DNA from: Candidatus Enterocola sp.
GTDB taxonomy: Bacteria; Bacteroidota; Bacteroidia; Bacteroidales; Paludibacteraceae
Reading direction: 5' to 3'
Length of the DNA: 52,633 nt
Assembly (NCBI GenBank): GCA_045616965.1
Contig: JAZLHT010000070.1
Location: forward strand, 1 to 52,633
Shown here: one piece after another, positions 45,625 to 52,633 of the stretch
Position numbering within the stretch: the stretch's first letter is position 1
Layout: each line of letters opens with the position of its first letter
Position numbers and translations under genes: made by a program
The notes under the pieces: model-generated
Databases searched by the model: none
What the model was told of the DNA's origin: nothing
What the model saw: only the letters and a program-made list of their open reading frames with translations

Positions 45625-47313
45625 ATGAGAAAGTTTTTCACGTTTATTGTAGTTTTTGTAATGGCATTTGATGTTTTTGCCATTGACTTAAAGAGTTCTG
45701 TGTGTGTGATAAGGCGTAATGACAAGTTTTTGGATTCTCTATACACACGGACTGGAGATAATCTTCAGGATAATGGATATTTGAGTGCCGGCAGGTTAAT
45801 GATGAATGTGAAAAATTCATTTGGCACAGGATTTGTCTATAAAACCCAAACGGGCAAACAGTATGTGATTACAAATAGTCATGTAGTGAATATTGCTGAT
45901 TATGTAACACTGGAATTCTCTGTTGAAAACAGTGCCTTTAGAACAGACTGCAAAGTCTTGTATTCTGATGATTTCAGGGATCTTTGTCTTATAGAATGTC
46001 CTAAAGACTTTAATTATAAACCATTGATGTCTTATAATGGGGGTATTTCTGACGGCAAAGAGGTGTACACTGCTGGTTTCCCTGGTTTTAATTCAGAACC
46101 CTTATGGCAACTTGGGAAAGGTATAGTGTCAAATTGCAACGTTAATTTTGGTAAATACAGCGTTAAGGATTCTATGAGTGTCATACAGCACACTGCACAA
46201 GTGGATCCGGGAAGTTCCGGCGGGCCATTACTTATTTTGTCTGTAAGTGAATCGGACTCTTTATATAGTGTTGTCGGTGTAAACACTTGGAAGGCAAAAC
46301 GCCGTGAGGGAACAAATTTTTCAATCAAGACATTAGACTTGGACTCCTTCATAAATGATTATGAAAAAGAAAAATCCAAAGAGTCATTGGACAGTGTAAG
46401 CAAGCATTTTGAACAGTCTTTTCTAGAAGGATATGAAAGTGTTGCTATGTACATTTCCACAAAATATGCCCTTTCTCTTTCAAAAGACGAGACCTCCGCT
46501 CTTATGCGTGGTATGACTCCGTCTATAGGTAATGAAATTCGTAATGGAAATCCTATTTTAGGATTGCAGGAGTTGATTGCTGTAAATTTGCGTGATAAAT
46601 TTAAGGAATATGATCAGTTTACATCCTCGTCAGTTAGCGAAAACGGTGACACTGGCATAGTGACCTACAATGTTAAAAAGGATGTTATTGAGTGTGAGTG
46701 GGTAATGGAATCAGGAAATTGGAAATTGTCCAACGTAAATATAGGTAATTCAAAGAAAAAGAAGAAATTAGGAGACGTTTCAGTAGGTAGGAAAAAATAT
46801 GGTTTGTTTGAGCCTGTGTGGGATAATATGATAGGGGTCAGTTTTTCCGTTCCTGTAGATAATGTTCAAGGTCCAGGCTTTTATTTGGATTATTCCAGAA
46901 TATTTTGTTTCTATGGTATGTTTGATGTAGAGGCAGGCGTGCAAGGGTTTCATTACAAAGAAGAAAAAAGTCAAAAACTGTCAAATAATACTTTGTATGG
47001 ATTTGGCACACAGTTTTCTATAGGGGGTCAACTCCCTATTTGTTTAAATAGTTTCGTTATTGATCCTTATATTACGGCTGGTTGTGGTTTCAATATGGTG
47101 CCTGGGGAGAGGGCGGCGGACGGTAAATATGGAGCGTCTATTTTTGGGGTGGCTAAAGGTGGATTCAAATTCGGATATCAATTCAAAGGTAACAACATGA
47201 TAGCCATTGGGTGTGAGTATGTGTATAGAATAGCCCCAACGGTAAAAATGGCAATAAAGGATTTTAAAATGCCTAATCACGGTTTTAGTGTCAGTGTTGT
47301 TTACGTATGGTGA
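45625..47313 (+). CDS. Secreted trypsin-like (S1) serine protease with a C-terminal beta-barrel-like domain
   Basis: The ORF track starts at 45475 inside the tRNA. The ATG at 45625 gives the signal peptide MRKFFTFIVVFVMAFDVFA. Catalytic triad context: TNSHVV, DLCLIE and GSSGGP (46210-46227). The last ~170 aa show alternating beta-strand patterns and end in ...SVSVVYVW. Confidence 0.7.
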   Translation: MRKFFTFIVVFVMAFDVFAIDLKSSVCVIRRNDKFLDSLYTRTGDNLQDNGYLSAGRLMMNVKNSFGTGFVYKTQTGKQYVITNSHVVNIADYVTLEFSVENSAFRTDCKVLYSDDFRDLCLIECPKDFNYKPLMSYNGGISDGKEVYTAGFPGFNSEPLWQLGKGIVSNCNVNFGKYSVKDSMSVIQHTAQVDPGSSGGPLLILSVSESDSLYSVVGVNTWKAKRREGTNFSIKTLDLDSFINDYEKEKSKESLDSVSKHFEQSFLEGYESVAMYISTKYALSLSKDETSALMRGMTPSIGNEIRNGNPILGLQELIAVNLRDKFKEYDQFTSSSVSENGDTGIVTYNVKKDVIECEWVMESGNWKLSNVNIGNSKKKKKLGDVSVGRKKYGLFEPVWDNMIGVSFSVPVDNVQGPGFYLDYSRIFCFYGMFDVEAGVQGFHYKEEKSQKLSNNTLYGFGTQFSIGGQLPICLNSFVIDPYITAGCGFNMVPGERAADGKYGASIFGVAKGGFKFGYQFKGNNMIAIGCEYVYRIAPTVKMAIKDFKMPNHGFSVSVVYVW

Positions 47314-47343
47314 ATTTATGTACAATCCTAATATTTTTAATAT

Positions 47344-47955
47344 ATGAAAAAAATTGTGTTTTTTGTGTTATCTGCCGTAGTGTGTGCGGGTAGCGTGTGT
47401 GCTTCAGACAATTATAGTCCTTGTCTGTTGGATTTTGTAAACGGAAAGTCTATAGAATGTACTGCTTACAGTAACATTTTTGGTACATTTAAGTATAAAC
47501 TTAATCCTAATGACAAGAGTGTTAGTGTCAAATCTTCAGAGGTGTTGTTTGCCACATTTGTGGAAAATGGTGACACGGTGATTATCTCCGGAATGCCTAC
47601 TGTTAAGGTTACAAAAGCGGTTAAAGGCAATTACAAACCTTCAAAAAGTTTAGGTTGGATATATTTCCTAACAAATCCAAAAACTGAAAAGGTGGCTCTG
47701 TATTACTATCAGGTATCAAGAGGTAATGGAATTATGGCAACTGTTTACGGATGTTGCCGTATGGGAGACAAATATGGCGTGGACTTGTATTATAGTGATG
47801 CGGTCAATAGAGAGTCTGTGCTACGTAAGGCAGGTTCATTATATTTTAAGGATTGTCCTGATGTGGTAAAATATCTGAATGATAAGAGCCACAGTTTTAA
47901 AAAGGGTAATGATTTCATTCATCTTGTAGATGAGTATAATAACTGCCAAAAATAA
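47344..47955 (+). CDS. Secreted hypothetical protein
   Basis: Signal peptide MKKIVFFVLSAVVCAGSVCA. No family was recognised. Confidence 0.5.
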   Translation: MKKIVFFVLSAVVCAGSVCASDNYSPCLLDFVNGKSIECTAYSNIFGTFKYKLNPNDKSVSVKSSEVLFATFVENGDTVIISGMPTVKVTKAVKGNYKPSKSLGWIYFLTNPKTEKVALYYYQVSRGNGIMATVYGCCRMGDKYGVDLYYSDAVNRESVLRKAGSLYFKDCPDVVKYLNDKSHSFKKGNDFIHLVDEYNNCQK

Positions 47956-47961
47956 TATACT

Positions 47962-48011
47962 GAGTAACAAACGGAATCCACCCCTTAATGGGCAGGTTTC
48001 GTTTGTTACTC
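47962..48011. terminator. Inverted repeat between convergent genes (possible bidirectional terminator)
   Basis: Perfect 12-bp arms gagtaacaaacg (47962-47973) and cgtttgttactc (48000-48011). The 26-nt loop is long for a terminator. Confidence 0.4.
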
Positions 48012-48767
48012 ATATATTTTGAGTTCAAAATTCTCGCCGTCCCACTCTCCGTAAGAGAATTTGTCTATCCAATCGCCCAAATAAACCACACGTTTGTTAT
48101 CACGCAGCAGCAAATCAAGCACTACGTGGCGGTGTCCGAATATAAAGAAATCTATAGTAGGGTCTTTTTTAAGAGTCTCTTTTGCAAACTGAACAAGAAA
48201 CTCCTTATCCTCACCTAAATATCGGGCGCTCTCCTGAGTATGTTTTACAAGGCGGTTGTTTTTGGACCACCAATACCCGAATTTCATTGATAGCGATGGG
48301 TGAATAACACTATATAGGTGCTGTATTGCCTTGCAGTGAAAAATTTTCTGCATCAGGTGTACCGAGAACGGGCGGTATCCCACCATATCGCCGTGGCTAA
48401 GAAAGAATTTCTTGCCGTCAAGCATCTGAATATCGTATGCTCCATAGACTTTCATTCCAATCTCCTTCTCTAAATAGCCGAAAGTCCATATATCATGATT
48501 GCCTATAAAAAAGTGCAGATTTATACCACTGTCACTAAGTTCAGCCATTTTACCAAGCAGACGCACGCACCCTTTAGGAACATAGTGGTTATACTCATAC
48601 CAGAAATCAAATATATCACCTAAGAAATATATATCAGATGCCTCATCTTTAATGGAATCCAGAAATCTTACAAGTTTCTGTTCACGTTCACGGTCAGAGT
48701 CTGCAAAAGCCCTGCTACCTAAGTGAGAGTCAGAAATAAAGTACTTTTTATTTTTTTGCGTAGCCAT
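48006..48767 (-). CDS. lpxH: UDP-2,3-diacylglucosamine diphosphatase
   Basis: MATQKNKKYFISDSHLG...YFLGDIFDFWYEY...GNHD..., a calcineurin-like metallophosphoesterase of LpxH type. The ORF-track start at 49157 would overlap the lysE-like gene, so the ATG at 48767 is preferred. Confidence 0.85.
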   Translation of the reverse strand: MATQKNKKYFISDSHLGSRAFADSDREREQKLVRFLDSIKDEASDIYFLGDIFDFWYEYNHYVPKGCVRLLGKMAELSDSGINLHFFIGNHDIWTFGYLEKEIGMKVYGAYDIQMLDGKKFFLSHGDMVGYRPFSVHLMQKIFHCKAIQHLYSVIHPSLSMKFGYWWSKNNRLVKHTQESARYLGEDKEFLVQFAKETLKKDPTIDFFIFGHRHVVLDLLLRDNKRVVYLGDWIDKFSYGEWDGENFELKIYE

Positions 48768-48805
48768 ATTGCCGTTATATGACTGCAAAAATAAGAAAAA
48801 TTTAT

Positions 48806-48813
48806 TATCTTTG
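48806..48813 (+). promoter_or_regulatory. -7 promoter box TATCTTTG for the LysE-family gene
   Basis: Exact TAnnTTTG match 22 nt before the ATG at 48835. Confidence 0.4.
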
Positions 48814-48834
48814 CAACCCGATAGCATATTACTT

Positions 48835-49482
48835 ATGTTCAATACAATAGTACAAGGTTTCATTATTGGTTTGTGTACCTCCGCACCGGTAGGTCCTATT
48901 GCCATTCTTTGCATACAGCGTACATTGCAGAAGGGCAGGAGAGTGGGATTCGTATCAGGGTTAGGGGCAGCGAGTTCTGATTTTGTATATGCACTTATAG
49001 CATTGCTTGGACTCTCATTTGTGATGGATTTCATAAACCAGCATGAGTTCCTTATACAACTTGTAGGCAGCATAGTGATTATGGGATTTGGTGTTATGAT
49101 ATTCTTCCAGAATCCTACCAGACGTATAAGAAAAGGCAAATCCACAAGTTCAAGCACCTATTTTCAGGAATATATAACATCGTTTGCTCTTACAATAACC
49201 AATCCTCTTATGATATTTCTGTTTTTGGGACTTTTTGCCAGAATGGAGTTCTTAGTTAATTCTGCAGGTTGGTACGAGAATGTTTTTGGAATGATAGCCG
49301 TACTTATAGGCTCCACCACTTGGTGGTTTACCATAACACTGCTTGCCAGCACATTCCGTAATAAGTTCAATATACGCGGACTTTGGATACTTAATAAGAT
49401 AACAGGCTCTCTGATATTCCTCATCGCACTTGTGAGCCTTATACTTACACTTACAGGGAACTCCTTAAGCCATGCAGTATGA
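48835..49482 (+). CDS. LysE/RhtB-family amino-acid exporter
   Basis: MFNTIVQGFIIGLCTSAPVGPIAILCIQRTL is a typical LysE N-terminus and there are six TM segments. The upstream ORF-track codons overlap lpxH. Confidence 0.8.
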   Translation: MFNTIVQGFIIGLCTSAPVGPIAILCIQRTLQKGRRVGFVSGLGAASSDFVYALIALLGLSFVMDFINQHEFLIQLVGSIVIMGFGVMIFFQNPTRRIRKGKSTSSSTYFQEYITSFALTITNPLMIFLFLGLFARMEFLVNSAGWYENVFGMIAVLIGSTTWWFTITLLASTFRNKFNIRGLWILNKITGSLIFLIALVSLILTLTGNSLSHAV

Positions 49483-50444
49483 TAGATATCTATGTTATAG
49501 TCTGTGCCTACAATGAGGCTCAAAACATAGAGTCCACACTGACAGCCATGCAATCCCAAACGTATAAAGGATTTAACCTTATATTAATAGATGACGGCTC
49601 TACAGACAACACTTACAATATAATGGAGCAAAAGTCAAAAATACTCCATTTTACCGAGAGTTTTAAAACTTTTACACTAATTGGGTCGGAACATAAAGGC
49701 AAGGATGAGAATATAAGGTGCATAGTTGATACCATAAAAGAAAACTCACTGATACTACTGACGGATGCAGACTGCTTACTGCCTGAAACATGGGTGGAGA
49801 CTATGTTTATGGAGTATCTTAAAACAAACGCCTCAATGCTTATAGGACCTGTCAAGATTAGTGAGGCATACCCATTCCAAGCCACAGAATTTCTTAGCAT
49901 ACAAATAGTTACAAGAGCAAGTGCAATGTTTGGCAATCCTCTTATATGCGGAGGGGCTAATTTGGCATTCACCACAGACGGCTACCGTCTGTCCAAGCCG
50001 TATATGCTTGCCGATAAGCCAAATGGTGCGGACATGTACCTGCTTGATGCTATGAAACAAACGCACCAATCCATAGTGGCGGTAACAAATGCGGCGGCTA
50101 TAGTTGTAACAAAAGGTAAGAATACGCTATGCAGTTTCCTAAACCAGCGTACCCGATGGGCAGGTAAGGCGTTAAACTATAAAAGCCTGTCTATAACCAT
50201 AACTGCCGTATTGGTATTATTATTGCAGATATTTCTTATCACAATCCTCTTTTTTGCCCCATTTTATCCCAAGATTCTATACTTTTGGATGGTTAAGGTG
50301 CTGATGGATTTGGATATGCTGTCTTATATGGCTGTAAAGATGAACTCCATAAAACTTATACCATACATATTGCCGGTAAGCATACTATACCCTTTTTATG
50401 TAATAATAGTTTTTATAAACACTATCATAAACAGACCAAAATGA
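49479..50444 (+). CDS. Family 2 glycosyltransferase with C-terminal TM segments
   Basis: VIVCAYNEAQNIESTL...LILIDDGSTDNT GT2 signature. ATGA overlap with the upstream gene. Confidence 0.8.
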   Translation: MIDIYVIVCAYNEAQNIESTLTAMQSQTYKGFNLILIDDGSTDNTYNIMEQKSKILHFTESFKTFTLIGSEHKGKDENIRCIVDTIKENSLILLTDADCLLPETWVETMFMEYLKTNASMLIGPVKISEAYPFQATEFLSIQIVTRASAMFGNPLICGGANLAFTTDGYRLSKPYMLADKPNGADMYLLDAMKQTHQSIVAVTNAAAIVVTKGKNTLCSFLNQRTRWAGKALNYKSLSITITAVLVLLLQIFLITILFFAPFYPKILYFWMVKVLMDLDMLSYMAVKMNSIKLIPYILPVSILYPFYVIIVFINTIINRPK

Positions 50445-51391
50445 AAAGACGTTTCTTAATAATACCGTTGTTTCCGCTATTGATGGCGGCATGCACCAAT
50501 ACTGTAGCCACTACAGAACAGGATGAAACCAAGTCGTTCCCTGAATTTAGTGCAGACAGTTGTCTTATGTACCTTAAGGCACAGACAGATTTTGGAGCAA
50601 GAGTTCCAAACACAGTTGCACATGACATGTGCAGAGACTATATAGTTTACAAATTTGAACAGTGTGGTCTAAAGGTCATAAAACAAGATGCAGACCTAAA
50701 GGCACATGATGGAAAAACACTCCATTCCACCAATATAATCGCCTCTTTTAACCCCGATGTAAGAAACCGTATTTTCGTGGCGTCACATTATGACAGCCGC
50801 CCTTGGTGTGATGAGGAGGCGTTAAAGGAAGATGCCGCCAATCCTGTACTTGGAGCCAATGACGGAGCCAGCGGAGTGGCAGTTATGATAGAACTTGCCC
50901 GTATCCTTTCACAAAACCCCATAGAGACCATAGGAGTAGATTTAATATGTTTTGACTCAGAAGATTATGGAATTAGCAGAGCAGAAAACAGTTTCTGTTT
51001 AGGATCTCAGTATTGGGCTAAAAACCTGCACAGTAGAGACTACAAACCCAGATTCGGCATACTTCTTGATATGGTTGGCGACCCCAATGCCGCCTTTTAC
51101 AGAGAGCGGGTCTCAGAGTACTATGCATCTGATATAGTGGATTTGGTATGGAACGAGGCAGAAAAAGCGGGCTATTCAGATGTTTTCATAAATCAGCAAG
51201 GCGGTGCCATTACAGATGACCACTACTACGTAAACGCCCTTGCAGGCATACCATGCATAGATGTTATAGACTACAAGCCGGGTATCGGGTTCCCAGAAAC
51301 ATGGCACACCACACACGATACCCCAGACCATATTTCAGCCAAAACATTAGGCATTGTAGGAAATGTTCTTGTAAGGTTGATATATAAATAG
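50441..51391 (+). CDS. M28-family lipoprotein, glutaminyl-peptide cyclotransferase-like
   Basis: Lipobox MAAC. HYDSRPW and NDGASGVAVMIELAR match the M28/glutaminyl cyclase pattern known from Bacteroidetes with T9SS. Confidence 0.7.
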   Translation: MKRRFLIIPLFPLLMAACTNTVATTEQDETKSFPEFSADSCLMYLKAQTDFGARVPNTVAHDMCRDYIVYKFEQCGLKVIKQDADLKAHDGKTLHSTNIIASFNPDVRNRIFVASHYDSRPWCDEEALKEDAANPVLGANDGASGVAVMIELARILSQNPIETIGVDLICFDSEDYGISRAENSFCLGSQYWAKNLHSRDYKPRFGILLDMVGDPNAAFYRERVSEYYASDIVDLVWNEAEKAGYSDVFINQQGGAITDDHYYVNALAGIPCIDVIDYKPGIGFPETWHTTHDTPDHISAKTLGIVGNVLVRLIYK

Positions 51392-51423
51392 CCGTAAAGT
51401 GATATTTTTTCACAAAAAATCCG

Positions 51424-51431
51424 TACCTTTG
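51424..51431 (+). promoter_or_regulatory. -7 promoter box TACCTTTG for the RNB exoribonuclease gene
   Basis: Exact TAnnTTTG match 25 nt before the ATG at 51456. Confidence 0.4.
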
Positions 51432-51455
51432 TCCTTTTAAGGACAAGAAGCGTTT

Positions 51456-52633
51456 ATGACTAAGAAGAAAAAACATAAGAAACAGCAACAATTAAGGTCT
51501 AAAAAGTTCTTCAAAAAGGAGAAGGTAGAGGTGCGTGCAGACCACAGCCCTAAAAAGAGCCGCCAGACAGAGGAGGATGCTGTAGAGTTCAAACTACCCG
51601 GAAAATATCCTGAAGAGGCGGAGGCGGAAGCCGCTAAGATAGACATAACCATTACAGACGATGAGATTGCCCGCAGGCTTGACTACAGAGATGTAGTAAC
51701 ATTCACCATAGACCCTAAAGATGCCAAAGACTTTGATGATGCGTTATCAATCAAGGAGTTAGCCAACGGAAACTATGAGGTTGGAGTGCATATAGCAGAT
51801 GTAACCCACTACGTAAAGCCGGACGATGCTATAGATAAAGAGGCTTACACACGTGCCACATCAATCTATTTGGTGGACCGCACAATACCAATGTTACCTG
51901 AAAAACTGTGCAATATGGTATGCTCACTACGCCCCGACGAGGACAAACTGACATATTCTATCATATTTGAGATAACACCTAAAGGGGAGGTTAAAAGCAA
52001 TAAGATAACCAAGGCGGTGATACGCAGCAACCGCCGTTTCACATACGAGGATGCACAGTCTATAATAGAGAGTGGCACAGGAGATTACAGTAAAGAGGTT
52101 CTTGTCCTGAATGAATTGGCTAAGATATTAAGAGACAAGAGGTTCAGCGATGGAGCCATATCATTTGAGCGTGTAGAGGTAAGGTTTGAGATAGATGAAT
52201 CAGGCAAGCCCATAAGCGTATGGTTCAAAGAGGCAAAAGAGTCCAATAACTTAGTGGAGGAGTTCATGCTGCTTGCAAACCGTACCGTAGCAGAGACCAT
52301 AGGCAGGGTAAAGAAAAATGAGAAACCAAAAACCTTTGTCTATAGAATCCACGATGAGCCAAACCGTTTCCAACTTCAGAATTTGTCAGCATTCATCAGT
52401 AAATTCGGCTATAAATTAAAACCAGATGGGGAGCGTATTGAGGTTTCAAAATCAATAAACAGGCTGCTTAGTAAAGTGGTGGGCACCAGAGAGCAGAACC
52501 TGATAGAGACAGTGACTCTACGCTCTATGGCAAAAGCCATATATAGTACAGACAACATAGGTCATTACGGATTGGCGTTTGACTACTATACCCACTTTAC
52601 ATCACCAATAAGGCGTTACCCCGATATGATGGT
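51456..52633 (+). CDS. rnr: RNB-domain 3'-5' exoribonuclease (RNase R/II family), 3'-truncated by the window end
   Basis: The ORF track omits it because the frame stays open to the window edge. My manual translation gives MTKKKKHKKQQQLRSKK...TFTIDPKDAKDFDDALS...HIADVTHYV...YLVDRTIPMLPEKLCN...HYGLAFDYYTHFTSPIRRYPDMM, which are canonical RNB motifs. Confidence 0.85.
   Translation, partial: MTKKKKHKKQQQLRSKKFFKKEKVEVRADHSPKKSRQTEEDAVEFKLPGKYPEEAEAEAAKIDITITDDEIARRLDYRDVVTFTIDPKDAKDFDDALSIKELANGNYEVGVHIADVTHYVKPDDAIDKEAYTRATSIYLVDRTIPMLPEKLCNMVCSLRPDEDKLTYSIIFEITPKGEVKSNKITKAVIRSNRRFTYEDAQSIIESGTGDYSKEVLVLNELAKILRDKRFSDGAISFERVEVRFEIDESGKPISVWFKEAKESNNLVEEFMLLANRTVAETIGRVKKNEKPKTFVYRIHDEPNRFQLQNLSAFISKFGYKLKPDGERIEVSKSINRLLSKVVGTREQNLIETVTLRSMAKAIYSTDNIGHYGLAFDYYTHFTSPIRRYPDMM

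Noticed and set aside
48768-49157. 130-codon N-terminal extension of the lpxH ORF overlapping the LysE-family gene
   Set aside because: The LpxH homology starts at MATQKNKKYFISDSHLG (ATG 48767). The extension is antisense to a well-formed LysE gene with its own promoter box.
51437-51652. 71-aa minus-strand ORF (also 51866-52078 and 52085-52300)
   Set aside because: These are antisense to the open RNB exoribonuclease frame, which carries canonical motifs.

Overview
This window looks like a Bacteroidales (Bacteroidota) chromosomal segment. Support: AT-rich sequence, several exact TAnnTTTG -7 promoter boxes 20-45 nt upstream of start codons, a T9SS C-terminal sorting domain, CTnDOT-type tra genes and typical Bacteroides housekeeping genes. 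Gene order: (1) 168-10152, a tightly packed four-gene operon on the + strand. It encodes a PLD(HKD)-nuclease/SNF2-helicase fusion, a PglX/MmeI-family gamma-class N6-adenine methyltransferase with a TRD-like tail, and two Schlafen-like AlbA_2/HATPase_c_4/wHTH (COG2865) proteins. It looks like a restriction-modification-like defence system that I cannot match to a named system, and it runs straight into ybeY. (2) ybeY and a fused spmA/spmB-like membrane gene. (3) 11986-25382, one long operon with a complete-looking Bacteroidetes type IV secretion core (traE, F, G, I-like, J, K, L, M, N, O). No relaxase, coupling protein, TraA-D, primase or integrase is present. The operon ends with a 1330-aa T9SS-sorted PKD-domain protein and a lipoprotein, all wedged between housekeeping genes. 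(4) rnhB, an OYE-flavoreductase plus steroid-5-alpha-reductase-like pair, an XRE-cupin regulator, an acyl-CoA synthetase, proBA, a CPA2 antiporter and argR-GNAT-argG-argC with convergent argD, then a DASS transporter and a Sir2 deacylase. (5) A third COG2865 paralogue in a 1.8-kb cassette bounded by a perfect 24-bp direct repeat next to tRNA-Phe(GAA). (6) An S1 protease with a beta-barrel-like tail, lpxH, a LysE exporter, a GT2, a glutaminyl-cyclase-like M28 protein and a 3'-truncated RNB exoribonuclease that the ORF track missed. No rRNA, CRISPR array, transposase or integrase was seen. All family assignments come from motif reading and recalled homologues; no database search was run.
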